Assembly (NCBI GenBank): GCA_021413905.1
Contig: JAIOPO010000005.1
Coordinates: forward strand, 81,271-145,270
From: Candidatus Nomurabacteria bacterium
GTDB lineage: Bacteria > Patescibacteriota > Minisyncoccia > Phycocordibacterales > UBA9973
Reading direction: 5' to 3'
DNA length: 64,000 nucleotides
Shown: positions 28,094-38,251 of the stretch, in pieces
How the letters are laid out: the number at the start of each line of letters is the position of its first letter
Position numbering within the stretch: the stretch's first letter is position 1
Position numbers and translations under genes: made by a program
Notes under the pieces: generated by a model
What the model was told of the DNA's origin: nothing
Databases searched by the model: none
The model's input: only the letters and a program-made list of their open reading frames with translations

Positions 28094-28438
28094 TTATTTT
28101 TTCTTTGCATCAGTAGCTGCGGATGCGCTTTTTGCTGCTGTTATTTCAGCTTCTTTCTTTTTCTGTTCTAATTCTTTTTGCATTTTACCTCCGTGTTTAA
28201 TGAATTTCTTTGTAGGAGAAAATTCGCCTAGTCTGTGCCCTACCATGTCTTCTGTAACAAGAACTTCTACATGGACTTTTCCATTGTAAACACCAAAAGT
28301 AAAACCTACGAATTCCGGAGGAATCTGACAAGCTCTTTTCCATGTTTTAATCATTGGAGTTTGCAAAGGACTTTTGCCTTCTATTTTCTTTAGAAGTCTT
28401 TCGTCAACATTTATTCCTTTTTTGATTGATCTTGTCAT
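28094..28438 (-). CDS. rpsS: 30S ribosomal protein S19 with a C-terminal Lys/Ala-rich extension.
   Basis: S19 core starting MTRSIKKG. The longer ORF start at 28504 would overlap the promoter and terminator. Confidence 0.85.
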   Translation of the reverse strand: MTRSIKKGINVDERLLKKIEGKSPLQTPMIKTWKRACQIPPEFVGFTFGVYNGKVHVEVLVTEDMVGHRLGEFSPTKKFIKHGGKMQKELEQKKKEAEITAAKSASAATDAKKK

Positions 28439-28474
28439 ATTATTAAGCAAAAAGCTCGAAACGAGCTTGTCCAT

Positions 28475-28505
28475 ACATACTAGCAAATTCAAATAAAATG
28501 TCAAA
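28475..28505 (-). promoter_or_regulatory. Family P2 promoter (minus strand: TTGACA-N16-TGC-TAGTAT) driving rpsS.
   Basis: Shares the aat.tgcTAGTATG block with the rpsZ and tuf copies. Located right after the rplB terminator. Confidence 0.5.
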
Positions 28506-28557
28506 TTTATATATCTTTAAATATCTTATATTTAAAAACGTAATTTTTAATAAAATT

Positions 28558-28601
28558 TGAAAAAATAAAAACCTTGCATTTCTGCAAGGTTTTTATTTTT
28601 A
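28558..28601 (-). terminator. Intrinsic terminator immediately after the rplB stop (accttgca-gaaa-tgcaaggt 8-9 bp stem followed by UUUUUAUUUUUU on the minus strand).
   Basis: Read directly from the sequence. It lies inside the normally contiguous S10 operon. Confidence 0.6.
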
Positions 28602-29438
28602 TTTATTCTTTCCAGTTTTTCTGCGAGAGACGATAAATACATTTGAGTATTTCTTTGGAGTTCTTGTCTTGCGTCCTCCGGTAACTTTACCCCACATAGT
28701 CTTTGGGCGTTTTGTTCCGCGTCCTTGTCGGCCTTCACCTCCTCCGTATGGGTGATCCACAGGGTTCATGGCTGTACCACGAACTGTAGGACGAATACCT
28801 TTCCAACGAGAGCGTCCAGCTTTTCCGTAATTTTCCAAATGATGTTCTTCGTTTGAAACTGTGCCTACGCATGCCCAACAATTTTCATTTACTTTTCTGA
28901 TTTCAGAAGATGGCATTTTTATATTTGTATAACCATCAGCATTTGCCACAACTTGTGCGAAAATTCCAGCTGAACGTCCGATCTTTGATCCTCCACGAGG
29001 TTTTAATTCTATGTTGTAAACGAAAGTTCCAACAGGAATATTTTTCAAAGGAAGTCTGTTTGCTGTATCTACTTCGGCTTTTTCAGAGACGATAAATTTA
29101 TCTCCTACTTTTACAGACTTTGGCAAAACAACATATCTTTTTTCACCATCAGCATATACAGCGATACCGATAAAAGCTGAGCGGTTTGGGTCGTATTCAA
29201 CAGAAGCGATCTTTGCAGGAATATCTTTTTTGTCATACAAAAAATCAACATCACGATACAAACGCTTGTGCCCCGCGCCTTTATGACGAGTAGTGATACG
29301 GCCTTGATTATTTCTTCCAACAGCTCGGCGAAAACCGTGAGTCAATGACTTTGTAGGTTCTGTTTTTGTCAAAACACCACGATAAGTCACATTACTCATT
29401 TGTCTTCTTGATTTGGTTGTAGGTTTGTATGTTTTCAT
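28599..29438 (-). CDS. rplB: 50S ribosomal protein L2.
   Basis: L2 sequence. Confidence 0.9.
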   Translation of the reverse strand: MKTYKPTTKSRRQMSNVTYRGVLTKTEPTKSLTHGFRRAVGRNNQGRITTRHKGAGHKRLYRDVDFLYDKKDIPAKIASVEYDPNRSAFIGIAVYADGEKRYVVLPKSVKVGDKFIVSEKAEVDTANRLPLKNIPVGTFVYNIELKPRGGSKIGRSAGIFAQVVANADGYTNIKMPSSEIRKVNENCWACVGTVSNEEHHLENYGKAGRSRWKGIRPTVRGTAMNPVDHPYGGGEGRQGRGTKRPKTMWGKVTGGRKTRTPKKYSNVFIVSRRKTGKNK

Positions 29439-29447
29439 ATTAAAAAA

Positions 29448-29729
29448 TTAAATTATTTCTATCTTATCACCTTTTTTTAAATAAACTGAAGCTTTCTTTC
29501 CACCTTGTTTTACACCTTTTCTACCTTTTACAATAATTTCTTTTGCTTTTACTGTAGTAATATTTACTTTCAAAGGTTTGACTTTGTAAAGAGCAAAAAT
29601 TTCTTTCTTGATTTCAGTTTTATTTGCATTTGCTTCCACGTTGAAAGTGTAAACATTATGTTTTTCCGCCATGAAAGATGCTTTTTCTGTAACTCTTGGT
29701 TTTTTAATTAATTTCATTTTTGTTGTCAT
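29448..29729 (-). CDS. rplW: 50S ribosomal protein L23.
   Basis: L23 sequence. Confidence 0.9.
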   Translation of the reverse strand: MTTKMKLIKKPRVTEKASFMAEKHNVYTFNVEANANKTEIKKEIFALYKVKPLKVNITTVKAKEIIVKGRKGVKQGGKKASVYLKKGDKIEII

Positions 29730-29744
29730 ATATTTATTTAAAAA

Positions 29745-30404
29745 TTAACCGCGAGATTCTAAAAACTTTACAGATTCTGTCGGATTTTCTATTAAAAGAT
29801 ATTGGTGATTCAAAACATCGTATGGATTCAAATTCTTCAAGAAAACAATATCGAGTTGAGGTAAATTTCTGTAACTTTTTTCTGTTTTTTCACTGCGTCC
29901 AGATAGAGCAGTCAATACTTTTGGTTTCTTTGAAGATCCTAAAGTTTTTACACCTGTAGCTTTTGCCAAGTTCTTCATTACATCTACAGCTGTCTTTGTC
30001 TTTATGTCTGTAGGAGCCAATGAATCAACGAAAATTATTTCTCCATCTTTTAATTTTCTTGATAATACAGAGAAAAGAGCTTGAGCACGCATACTCTTTG
30101 TGATCTTTCTCTTGTAATTCTTTTCTGCAAGAGGACCATGTGTAACACCTCCGCCCACCCATATAGGTGAACGAGAAGATCCATGACGAGCACGTCCTGT
30201 ACCTTTTTGTTTCCAAGGCTTCTTACCTCCTCCGCGGACTTCACCACGTCCTTTTGTATCAGCAGTTCCAGCGCGCTTATTTGAACGCATGCCTTCTACC
30301 ACTTGATGCACAAGGTCTGATCTCCACTTTGCAGAAAAAACCTTTGCCGGTAGTGTGATACTTCCCGCTTCTGCTCCTTTTTGATTGTATATTTTTGCTT
30401 CCAT
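29745..30404 (-). CDS. rplD: 50S ribosomal protein L4.
   Basis: L4 sequence. Confidence 0.9.
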   Translation of the reverse strand: MEAKIYNQKGAEAGSITLPAKVFSAKWRSDLVHQVVEGMRSNKRAGTADTKGRGEVRGGGKKPWKQKGTGRARHGSSRSPIWVGGGVTHGPLAEKNYKRKITKSMRAQALFSVLSRKLKDGEIIFVDSLAPTDIKTKTAVDVMKNLAKATGVKTLGSSKKPKVLTALSGRSEKTEKSYRNLPQLDIVFLKNLNPYDVLNHQYLLIENPTESVKFLESRG

Positions 30405-30408
30405 ATTA

Positions 30409-31023
30409 TTATCTTGAAACTATTTCAATTAAAGTACCACGTTTTCCTGGTAATGCGCCCTTTATAAGCATAACGTTATTTTCTTTATCAACATAAACAA
30501 CTTTCAAGTTTTTGTAAGTTATCCTGTCAGATCCCATTCTACCTGCCATACGCATACCTTTTGGCACGTGTGTACGAAGACCTCCACCGATACTTCCCGG
30601 CTCTCTTTCAGAATGTTTTTGTCCGTGTGTCCTAGGTCCTCCGGCAAAACCGTGTCTCTTTACAACACCTTGAAAGCCTTTACCTTTTGAGATACCTGAA
30701 ACTTGCAATTTATCTCCAGCTTCAAAAGCTGAAACATCTATTACATCACCTTCTTTTACAGTAGTTGAATCAGTAGGCTTTAATCTAAATTCTTTTAAAG
30801 TTTTATAAAATCCTCCTTTCATTTGACCTTTAGGTCCTTTTTGGATTCTACTTTCTTTTTGATTTCCATATCCAACTTGCACAGCATTATAACCATCTTT
30901 TGTTTTTTCAAAAACACGAGTCACAGTTATTGGACCTGCTGAAATAATCGTTACTGGTATAACTACTCCTTCTTCAGAGAAATACTCTGTCATATTTTCT
31001 TTTGTTCCGAGAATAAATTTCAT
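30409..31023 (-). CDS. rplC: 50S ribosomal protein L3.
   Basis: L3 sequence. Confidence 0.9.
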   Translation of the reverse strand: MKFILGTKENMTEYFSEEGVVIPVTIISAGPITVTRVFEKTKDGYNAVQVGYGNQKESRIQKGPKGQMKGGFYKTLKEFRLKPTDSTTVKEGDVIDVSAFEAGDKLQVSGISKGKGFQGVVKRHGFAGGPRTHGQKHSEREPGSIGGGLRTHVPKGMRMAGRMGSDRITYKNLKVVYVDKENNVMLIKGALPGKRGTLIEIVSR

Positions 31024-31027
31024 AAAA

Positions 31028-31408
31028 TTATAACATTTTAACGTCTATATCAACACCTGATGGTAATGACAAATTTGTAAGAGCTTCTACTGTTTTTGCA
31101 TTTGGATTCAAAATATCAATCATTCTTTTGTGAACTCTCATTTCAAATTGTTCTCTAACATTTTTGTAAATGAAAGAAGCACGATTAACTGTGTATTTCT
31201 TGATTTCAGTCGGCAAAGGAACTGGTCCGATTATTTTTGCATCATAACGCATAGCAGTATCTATGATCTGTTTTACAGACGCATCGAGAATCTTGCTTTC
31301 ATAAGCACGAACTCTGATACGAAGCACTACCGTACCGTCTTCTTTTTTATCCTTTGCTTTTGGTTTGGATACTTTTGGCTTCTTTATTTTTGTTTCTGTT
31401 GTTGTCAT
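31028..31408 (-). CDS. rpsJ: 30S ribosomal protein S10 with an N-terminal Lys-rich extension.
   Basis: S10 sequence (RIRVRAYESKILD). Confidence 0.9.
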   Translation of the reverse strand: MTTTETKIKKPKVSKPKAKDKKEDGTVVLRIRVRAYESKILDASVKQIIDTAMRYDAKIIGPVPLPTEIKKYTVNRASFIYKNVREQFEMRVHKRMIDILNPNAKTVEALTNLSLPSGVDIDVKML

Positions 31409-31427
31409 GATTTTTTAATGTATTCCA

Positions 31428-31438
31428 GATGTCGGACA
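31428..31438. promoter_or_regulatory. Perfect 11-bp palindrome ATGTCgGACAT inside an 18-bp motif (atgtcNgacatatggaaa), in the 63-bp tuf-rpsJ spacer.
   Basis: A second copy sits at 33322-33332. A 1-nt centre excludes an RNA hairpin, so a protein-binding site is more likely. Confidence 0.4.
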
Positions 31439-31471
31439 TATGGAAACCATACGCCCGATATCTGTTTTGTG

Positions 31472-32668
31472 CTATGCAAGAATTTTTGTAACAACCCCCG
31501 CGCCCACAGTCTTACCTCCTTCACGGATAGCAAATCTTTGTGATTCTTCCAATGCAACTGGTGTAACCAACTTAACTGTAAATGTAACTGTGTCTCCAGG
31601 CATAACCATTTCTTTTCCTTCTGCTAATGTAACTTCACCAGTTACGTCTGTAGTACGGATGTAGAATTGTGGTTTGTAACCTTTGAAGAAAGGAGTGTGT
31701 CTTCCACCTTCTTCTTTTTTCAAAATGTAAACTTCACAAGTAAAGTTATCATGAGGAGTAACTGTTCCTGGTTTTGCTAAAACTTGTCCACGAGTAATGT
31801 CTTCTTTTTTAAGACCTCGGAGCAAGATACCAGCGTTGTCGCCAGCCATACCTTCTTGTAAATTTTTGTTGAACATTTCAATACCTGTAACTGTTGATTT
31901 TTGAGTTGCACGAATACCGACTATTTCAATATCTTCACCAACTTTTACTATACCTCTTTCGATTTTTCCTGTTACAACTGTTCCACGTCCTTCGATAGAG
32001 AAGATGTCTTCTACTGGCATAAGGAAAGGTTTTGCTGTATCTCGTTCAGGAACCGGGATATATGTATCAAGAGCGTTTGCAAGTTCAAGAATTTTCTTTG
32101 CCCATTCATCATCTGCTGATGTAGCTTCAAGACCTTTCAAAGCTGATCCACGGATAACTGGAGCATTTGCACCATCGAAACCTTGCTTTGTAAGCAATTC
32201 ACGGATTTCTTCTTCAACCATGTCAATCATATCTTTATCATCAACCATGTCACACTTGTTCAAGAATACGATGATTCTTGGAACACCAACTTGTTTTGCA
32301 AGTAAAACGTGTTCACGTGTTTGTGGCATAGCTCCGTCTGTAGCAGCAACAACCAAGATAGCGCCGTCCATTTGAGCAGCACCTGTGATCATGTTTTTAA
32401 TGTAGTCAGCGTGTCCTGGAGCATCAATGTGCGCGTAGTGACGAGCAGCTGTTTCGTATTCATTGTGAGAAATGTTAATAGTGATTCCACGAGCTCTTTC
32501 TTCAGGAGCATTGTCGATTTGACTAACATCTTTCATTCTAACAGTGTTACCTGAAAGGTTAAGACAGTTCAAAATAGCTGCTGTTAAAGTAGTCTTTCCA
32601 TGGTCAACGTGACCGATTGTGCCCACGTTTACGTGTGGCTTGTCTCTTTTAAATTCTTCTGCTGCCAT
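31472..32668 (-). CDS. tuf: Elongation factor Tu.
   Basis: GTP-binding motifs [14 protein letters not shown] and NKCD. Confidence 0.95.
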   Translation of the reverse strand: MAAEEFKRDKPHVNVGTIGHVDHGKTTLTAAILNCLNLSGNTVRMKDVSQIDNAPEERARGITINISHNEYETAARHYAHIDAPGHADYIKNMITGAAQMDGAILVVAATDGAMPQTREHVLLAKQVGVPRIIVFLNKCDMVDDKDMIDMVEEEIRELLTKQGFDGANAPVIRGSALKGLEATSADDEWAKKILELANALDTYIPVPERDTAKPFLMPVEDIFSIEGRGTVVTGKIERGIVKVGEDIEIVGIRATQKSTVTGIEMFNKNLQEGMAGDNAGILLRGLKKEDITRGQVLAKPGTVTPHDNFTCEVYILKKEEGGRHTPFFKGYKPQFYIRTTDVTGEVTLAEGKEMVMPGDTVTFTVKLVTPVALEESQRFAIREGGKTVGAGVVTKILA

Positions 32669-32805
32669 ATATTTTTTATGTTTAATGGCTAAAACTCAGC
32701 ATACGAGATGTAATTGCTAAGGCTTAGTCACTAATAAATTAATTAATAATAAACTAAAAAACTGTAAAATTGGCAATATAAAAACCGCCAAAAGTGCAGT
32801 TACAT

Positions 32806-32836
32806 CTATACTAGCAGATTAAAAAAGAATGTCAAA
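32806..32836 (-). promoter_or_regulatory. Family P2 promoter (minus strand: TTGACA-N16-TGC-TAGTAT) upstream of tuf.
   Basis: Conserved block aatctgcTAGTATAG. Confidence 0.5.
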
Positions 32837-32872
32837 TAAAAAACCAGCAGTAGACAAGTCATACTGCTGGTT
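32836..32872 (-). terminator. Intrinsic terminator after the lipoprotein gene (ccagcag-...-ctgctgg stem plus U-run on the minus strand).
   Basis: Seen directly in the sequence. Confidence 0.6.
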
Positions 32873-32892
32873 ATTATTTAGATTTTTTGTGG

Positions 32893-33159
32893 TCATTTTG
32901 CCATGACCAAAGTTAGCATGTATGGTTCTCTTTCGAGAACCACAGTATCTCCGATTTTCGTTTTAAAAAAAATATATTCGTTCACTTTTGGAACGAATAC
33001 TTTTTCTCCTGTTATAAGCATTTTTGCTTCCATGGAGATTTTTATGCCGGTAGCGTTTTCTGTATATTCCCGATGGATAACAATAGCCTTGCCCACAGGA
33101 GTATTGTTGCAAGCCACCAAAATAGTAGCCAACAATAGCAATAAAATTAACTTTTTCAT
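32893..33159 (-). CDS. Small lipoprotein (signal peptide with lipobox LVAC).
   Basis: MKKLILLLLLATILVACNN... Confidence 0.55.
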   Translation of the reverse strand: MKKLILLLLLATILVACNNTPVGKAIVIHREYTENATGIKISMEAKMLITGEKVFVPKVNEYIFFKTKIGDTVVLEREPYMLTLVMAK

Positions 33160-33182
33160 AATCGAAATTACTTTTTAAATTG

Positions 33183-33270
33183 CCTACTCGTTAGTTTTTC
33201 GGCAAACACTAGTCAAGTTTCAATGAACCTTATCTGTGTATATGATAGCATATTGTTAATAAAAAGTCAA
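33183..33270 (-). repeat. Copy B of the P1 promoter-plus-leader repeat (-35/-10 at 33242-33270).
   Basis: About 93% identical to 24810-24900. Confidence 0.6.
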
Positions 33271-33321
33271 GCATAAAAATGACTTTATTACAAAATACCT
33301 TATTAAATATAGCTTTTCCCT

Positions 33322-33332
33322 ATGTCAGACAT
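33322..33332. promoter_or_regulatory. Second copy of the palindrome ATGTCaGACAT (18-bp motif atgtcNgacatatggaaa).
   Basis: Direct sequence match to 31428-31445. Confidence 0.4.
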
Positions 33333-33350
33333 ATGGAAAAGCTAATAAAT

Positions 33351-33378
33351 AAAAAGACGCCCCCTAAGAGGCGTCAAT
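33351..33378 (-). terminator. Intrinsic terminator overlapping the trxA stop (gacgcc-...-ggcgtc plus U-run on the minus strand).
   Basis: Seen directly in the sequence. Confidence 0.55.
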
Positions 33379-33645
33379 TAATTGTTTTACAGTCTTTTGA
33401 TAATCAGAAGCTTTAGATGCTCCAATTATCCTTTTTGTCTCTTCCCCATCTTTTAAAAAGATGGTGGTAGGGACATTCCTTACCCTGAATCGACTTGCGA
33501 TTTCAGTGTTTTCTTCAAGGTCAATTGAGACCTTTTGAAAAACCAAAGAAGGATTTTCTTTCAGAATTTCCTCCAAAACAGGGTAAACAATACTGCAAGG
33601 ACCGCATCCAGGCGCAGTAAAGAATAAAATCTCTATTTTTTTCAT
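33364..33645 (-). CDS. trxA: Thioredoxin.
   Basis: CGPC active site (FFTAPGCGPCSIV). Confidence 0.9.
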   Translation of the reverse strand: MKKIEILFFTAPGCGPCSIVYPVLEEILKENPSLVFQKVSIDLEENTEIASRFRVRNVPTTIFLKDGEETKRIIGASKASDYQKTVKQLIDAS

Positions 33646-33712
33646 TTTTTCATTTTTAAGAACTATTTAATGTATATCATAAAAACAAAATAAAGTCAAG
33701 TTAAATAGATTT

Positions 33713-34873
33713 TTAATTTGCAGATGTATTATTTTTTTCCTCTTCTTCTTTTATCATATGATTTATTTTTTCTAATCCATATTTAAATTTTCTATTCAAT
33801 TCTTGATCTTTAGACATATCTCCATAATCATATAAATACCAATCTGTTAAATAAGGGTCTTTTTTTTCACCACTAAGCATATTTGTGGCTGAAAAAGGAT
33901 CGGAATAAACATAAACATATCCCCTATTTGCAGACTCCTCGTAAGCTTTTTTGAATTTTTTTAGAATTTCTAATCTTTCTAATGGATTAGATTTACTATC
34001 ATCAAAGAAAAACATTTGCATATCCTCACCATCTATAAATTCTTCAAAAATAGAACCTTTTGCCCCATCAAAAACAGCTCCATAATATTCTGGAATACCA
34101 TGCAATCCTTGCAAATCAGTTAGTGCTTTAGACTGTGTATATGTCGTATCCATTACAAAATATTCTTTATTATTTTTTTCATCAAAAATCTTATATCTAA
34201 AAAAATTACCCGGTTCTTCGGTTTCATCAGGTGGCATATCTGAAATTTTAAATCTGGAAGATATAAGATTACCTGCTATGCCTATTTTTTCAACAATGTA
34301 TTTTTCTTTATTGGTATTTATTTCTTTTACTTTAAGTCTAAAAATAATACCGGAAACTCCCTGAGAGAGTCTTTCTCTACCTCCTAGAACTTCAAGACCT
34401 TTTTCTAAAAGGTGTTTTTTGACTTTCTCAAAATCAGTATAATTTTCCAAGTAAAAATTTGAATCTTTTTCTTTTGAAGAAAAAGATGGTTTTTCATTAC
34501 CGAATAAATATTTTACAGCAATTTCCGCATCTTTATGATTTGTATCTGCTGAATCCAAGATTTGAACTTTAAATTCTTCGCCATTTTCTAATTTTACATT
34601 TTTCTCCTCAAAATAAGTATTATTAAATTCTTTTTCTAATGAAATTAATTTATCTTTGACAAAATAAAGAGACGGCAGATCTTGATAATCGATCTCTAAA
34701 TCTAACCTAGTTCTAATTTTATTATAATCTTCTAATGTTTTTGAAATTTTCAATTTCAAAGTGTTTATTTCTATTTTTAAATTTTCTTTATTTTTTATAT
34801 TAGAAAAAACTGCTTGAATATTCTGTTCTTTAACACTAGTATTTTCTTTTGTTTTTAATATTTCTTCTTTCAT
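33713..34873 (-). CDS. Hypothetical protein, 386 aa (K/E-rich coiled-coil-like N-half, globular C-half).
   Basis: No confident family. Located between fusA and trxA. Confidence 0.4.
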   Translation of the reverse strand: MKEEILKTKENTSVKEQNIQAVFSNIKNKENLKIEINTLKLKISKTLEDYNKIRTRLDLEIDYQDLPSLYFVKDKLISLEKEFNNTYFEEKNVKLENGEEFKVQILDSADTNHKDAEIAVKYLFGNEKPSFSSKEKDSNFYLENYTDFEKVKKHLLEKGLEVLGGRERLSQGVSGIIFRLKVKEINTNKEKYIVEKIGIAGNLISSRFKISDMPPDETEEPGNFFRYKIFDEKNNKEYFVMDTTYTQSKALTDLQGLHGIPEYYGAVFDGAKGSIFEEFIDGEDMQMFFFDDSKSNPLERLEILKKFKKAYEESANRGYVYVYSDPFSATNMLSGEKKDPYLTDWYLYDYGDMSKDQELNRKFKYGLEKINHMIKEEEEKNNTSAN

Positions 34874-34899
34874 TTCAATATTAAATTATAACACACAAA

Positions 34900-34930
34900 T
34901 TTTTAATAAAAAAAACCGCAATTAGTGCGG
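34900..34930. terminator. Bidirectional intrinsic terminator after fusA (accgca-attag-tgcggt flanked by A8/T8).
   Basis: Seen directly in the sequence. Confidence 0.65.
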
Positions 34931-34959
34931 TTTTTTTTATTTTTTAAATAGAAACTAAT

Positions 34960-37107
34960 TTATTTCCTAGCAGCGATAATAGTTTCAGCGACATTCGCAG
35001 GAACAATATCGTAACGCAAGAATTCCATAGTGAAAGATGCGCGACCTTCGGTCATTGAGCGAAGTCCTGTCATGTAACCGAACATTTCAGAAAGAGGAAC
35101 AACAGCTTTGATGACTTTATTCATACCGCGTTCTTCCATACCATCGATAAGTCCGCGTTTTGAAGAAAGATTTCCTGTGACATCTCCCATGAATTTGTCA
35201 GGTGTTACAACTTCAACTTTCATCATAGGCTCAAGGATTACAGGATTTGCTCGGCGACAAGCGTCTTGGATTGCCATAGAAGAAGCGATTTTGAAAGCCA
35301 TTTCATTAGAGTCAACTTCGTGATAACTTCCATCCCAAAGGTCAACAGAAACATTGACCATCTTGAATCCTGCCAAAATACCGCGATCAAGACCTTCTTT
35401 AAATCCTTTTTCACAAGGAGCGATATATTCTTGAGGGATAACACCTCCTTTGATGGAGTTGATAAATTCAAAGTCTGTATAGTGTTTGACATTTTTCGGC
35501 AAGTCAGCAATTTCTTCTTTTGTAAGATCGGGCATTCTCTTAACTTTAATTTTAACATGACCGTAGTTTCCACGACCTCCGGATTGCTTGATGTATTTAC
35601 CTTCTGCGTCAGCAGATCCGTTGATTGTTTCTCTATAAGCAACTTGAGGTTTACCAACATTCGCATCAACAGAAAATTCTCTTTTCATACGGTCAACGAT
35701 AATTTCCAAATGTAATTCTCCCATACCTGCGATGATAGTCTCCCCTGTTTCTTGATCAGTTGTAACTTTAAAAGTCGGATCTTCTTGAGCAAGTCTGTTC
35801 AAAGCCATACCCATTTTTTCTTGGTCAGCTTTTGTTTTTGGTTCAATACGCAAAGAGATAACAGGTTCAGGGAAAACAATACGGTTTAACTCAATAGGAT
35901 TAGCTTCATCACAAAGTGTGTCTGAAGTAATAGTGTCCTTGAGTCCCACCGCTGCGGCGATTTCTCCTGCATAAACTTGTTTCACTTCTTCACGATCATT
36001 TGCGTGCATACGCAAAATACGTCCTATGCGTTCTTTGTTTCTTGTGCGAGGATTGTAAACATAACTTCCCGCTGAAAGACTACCAGAATATACACGGAAG
36101 AAAATAATTTGTCCTACGAATGGATCAGTAGCCACTTTGAAAGCAAGCGCTGAAAAAGGTTCTGAATCAGATGCGTGACGAACCATCTCTTCATCAGTAT
36201 CTGGATTTACTCCAGGGATAGGAGGAATATCTGTCGGAGCTGGCAAATAATCAACCACAGCATCAAGTACGAGTTGAACACCTTTGTTCTTCAAAGCAGA
36301 ACCTGCGAATACTGGGAAAATATCGTTTGCAATAACCGCCTTACGAAGAGTCTTTTTCAAAACTTCTATACTAGGAATTTTGCCATCCAAATAATCCGTC
36401 ATCATAGCGTCATCAGTCTCAACTATTTTTTCAATAAGTTCAGCGTGGTATTTTTCCGCTTCAGCTTTCATATTTTCAGGAATTTCTTTTTCTATAACTT
36501 TATTACCCATTTCACCTTCAAAGTAAAAAGCTTTCATGTTCAAAAGATCTACAACTCCTTCGTGATTTTCTTCGAGACCAATAGGGATTTGCATACGCAC
36601 AGCTTTTTTTGTAAGTCTGTCTAAGATAGTAGCATAAGAATGCTCAAAGGAAGCGCCTGTTCTGTCCAATTTATTTATGAAACAAATACGAGGAACATTT
36701 GCTTCGTCAGCATAACGCCAGTTTGTTTCTGATTGAGGTTCTACTCCAGCAACGCCGTCGAAGACCACCACTGCACCGTCGAGCACGCGAAGAGAACGCT
36801 TCACTTCTACAGTAAAGTCGATGTGTCCAGGTGTGTCGATAATATTGAAACGGTGTTTTTTATTTTTGTCTGTTAAAGCATAAGTCGGTGTCCAGAAACA
36901 AGTCACAGCTGCAGATGTGATAGTGATACCTCTTTCTCTTTCTTGTTCCATCCAGTCTGTAGTAGTCTCACCATTGTGCACTTCCCCGATTTTGTGGGAC
37001 ACTCCAGTGTAATAAAGCACGCGTTCTGTCGTGGTTGTCTTACCAGCATCAATGTGCGCAATAATTCCAAAATTTCTAACTTTTTCTAAAGGATAATCTC
37101 GTTCCAT
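34960..37107 (-). CDS. fusA: Elongation factor G.
   Basis: GTPase motifs [14 protein letters not shown] and NKLD; 715 aa. Confidence 0.95.
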   Translation of the reverse strand: MERDYPLEKVRNFGIIAHIDAGKTTTTERVLYYTGVSHKIGEVHNGETTTDWMEQERERGITITSAAVTCFWTPTYALTDKNKKHRFNIIDTPGHIDFTVEVKRSLRVLDGAVVVFDGVAGVEPQSETNWRYADEANVPRICFINKLDRTGASFEHSYATILDRLTKKAVRMQIPIGLEENHEGVVDLLNMKAFYFEGEMGNKVIEKEIPENMKAEAEKYHAELIEKIVETDDAMMTDYLDGKIPSIEVLKKTLRKAVIANDIFPVFAGSALKNKGVQLVLDAVVDYLPAPTDIPPIPGVNPDTDEEMVRHASDSEPFSALAFKVATDPFVGQIIFFRVYSGSLSAGSYVYNPRTRNKERIGRILRMHANDREEVKQVYAGEIAAAVGLKDTITSDTLCDEANPIELNRIVFPEPVISLRIEPKTKADQEKMGMALNRLAQEDPTFKVTTDQETGETIIAGMGELHLEIIVDRMKREFSVDANVGKPQVAYRETINGSADAEGKYIKQSGGRGNYGHVKIKVKRMPDLTKEEIADLPKNVKHYTDFEFINSIKGGVIPQEYIAPCEKGFKEGLDRGILAGFKMVNVSVDLWDGSYHEVDSNEMAFKIASSMAIQDACRRANPVILEPMMKVEVVTPDKFMGDVTGNLSSKRGLIDGMEERGMNKVIKAVVPLSEMFGYMTGLRSMTEGRASFTMEFLRYDIVPANVAETIIAARK

Positions 37108-37124
37108 AAATAAATATTTTCTAA

Positions 37125-37150
37125 TTTTCTAATAAAAAAGCGCTTCCGGC
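37125..37150 (-). terminator. Hairpin (agcgc-ttccg-gcgct) plus U-run on the minus strand, between rpsG and fusA (attenuator or terminator).
   Basis: Seen directly in the sequence. Confidence 0.4.
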
Positions 37151-37219
37151 GCTATCAACACTATATATTAAAAATATATTTTTTGCAAATAAAAAAATCA
37201 TCTTTTGAGGATTTTTTTA

Positions 37220-37690
37220 TTACCAAGCAAAGTGAGCAAATGCTTTGTTTGACTCTGCCATTTTATGAGTATCTTCTCTTTTCTTAATGGCCGCACCTTC
37301 GTTTTTAGAAGCTGCTATTAATTCATCAGCGAGTTTAATATGCATAGGTTGTCCTTTTTTTGAACGAGCTGCATCACGAATCCATCGCATCGCCAAAGCA
37401 AGACGGCGTTCTGGACGAACTTCACGAGGAACCTGATAGTTTGCACCTCCGATTCTCTTTGAGCGAACTTCAGTCAAAGGACCAGCATTTTTCATTGCAA
37501 GATCAAAAACTTCTAAAGGATTTGGATTACCTGTCTTTTCTTTGATAATATCAAAAGCTTGATACATTACCTTGCGGGCTGTTTCCTTTTTACCGGACCA
37601 CATAGTGTAATTTATAAACTTCTCCAATTTTGGAGAATTATAAACAAAGTCTGGACCAACTATATTTCTATTTTTTACTTTTCTTCGCAT
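37220..37690 (-). CDS. rpsG: 30S ribosomal protein S7.
   Basis: S7 sequence. Confidence 0.9.
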   Translation of the reverse strand: MRRKVKNRNIVGPDFVYNSPKLEKFINYTMWSGKKETARKVMYQAFDIIKEKTGNPNPLEVFDLAMKNAGPLTEVRSKRIGGANYQVPREVRPERRLALAMRWIRDAARSKKGQPMHIKLADELIAASKNEGAAIKKREDTHKMAESNKAFAHFAW

Positions 37691-37728
37691 AATATATTAT
37701 TTAAATTATTTATAGTGAGCTTGCCGAA

Positions 37729-38154
37729 TTATTTCTTTCCGTCTTTCTTTGGTTTCTTGTTTCCGTAAAGTGAACGACCTTGACGTCTCTTTTCAACTCC
37801 TTGAGTATCAAGCACACCACGAACTATATGATAACGAACTCCGATCAAGTCTTTCACACGACCTCCGCGCAACATAACCACAGAGTGTTCTTGCAAATTG
37901 TGTCCTTCTCCTGGAATATAAGCAGTGACTTCCATACCGTTAGTCAAACGTACACGAGCGATTTTACGGAGAGCAGAGTTTGGTTTCTTTGGGGTGATAG
38001 TTGTAACTTTTGTACAAACTCCTCTTTTGAAAGGAGATGGGAAAAATACAGGACGATTTTTTAATGTGTTAAATCCACGCGCTAAAGCCACAGCCTTTGA
38101 TTTTTGACTTATCTTGCTTCTGTTCTTTTTAATTAATTGATTGATTGTTGGCAT
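37729..38154 (-). CDS. rpsL: 30S ribosomal protein S12.
   Basis: S12 sequence (PNSALRK, GGRVKDLPGVRY). Confidence 0.95.
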   Translation of the reverse strand: MPTINQLIKKNRSKISQKSKAVALARGFNTLKNRPVFFPSPFKRGVCTKVTTITPKKPNSALRKIARVRLTNGMEVTAYIPGEGHNLQEHSVVMLRGGRVKDLIGVRYHIVRGVLDTQGVEKRRQGRSLYGNKKPKKDGKK

Positions 38155-38251
38155 ATAATGCTTTTTTGTAAAACAAAAGAGTCCGAGGACTCAATTAGTA
38201 ATCTACTACAAGTCGTTAAAAAATGCAAATGCTGATAGTGAATATATAATT

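Noticed and set aside
28094-28504. Extended 136-aa start for rpsS (MTFYLNLLVCMDKL...).
   Set aside because: The extension overlaps the P2 promoter and the rplB terminator and has no S19 homology. The canonical S19 N-terminus begins at the Met at 28438.
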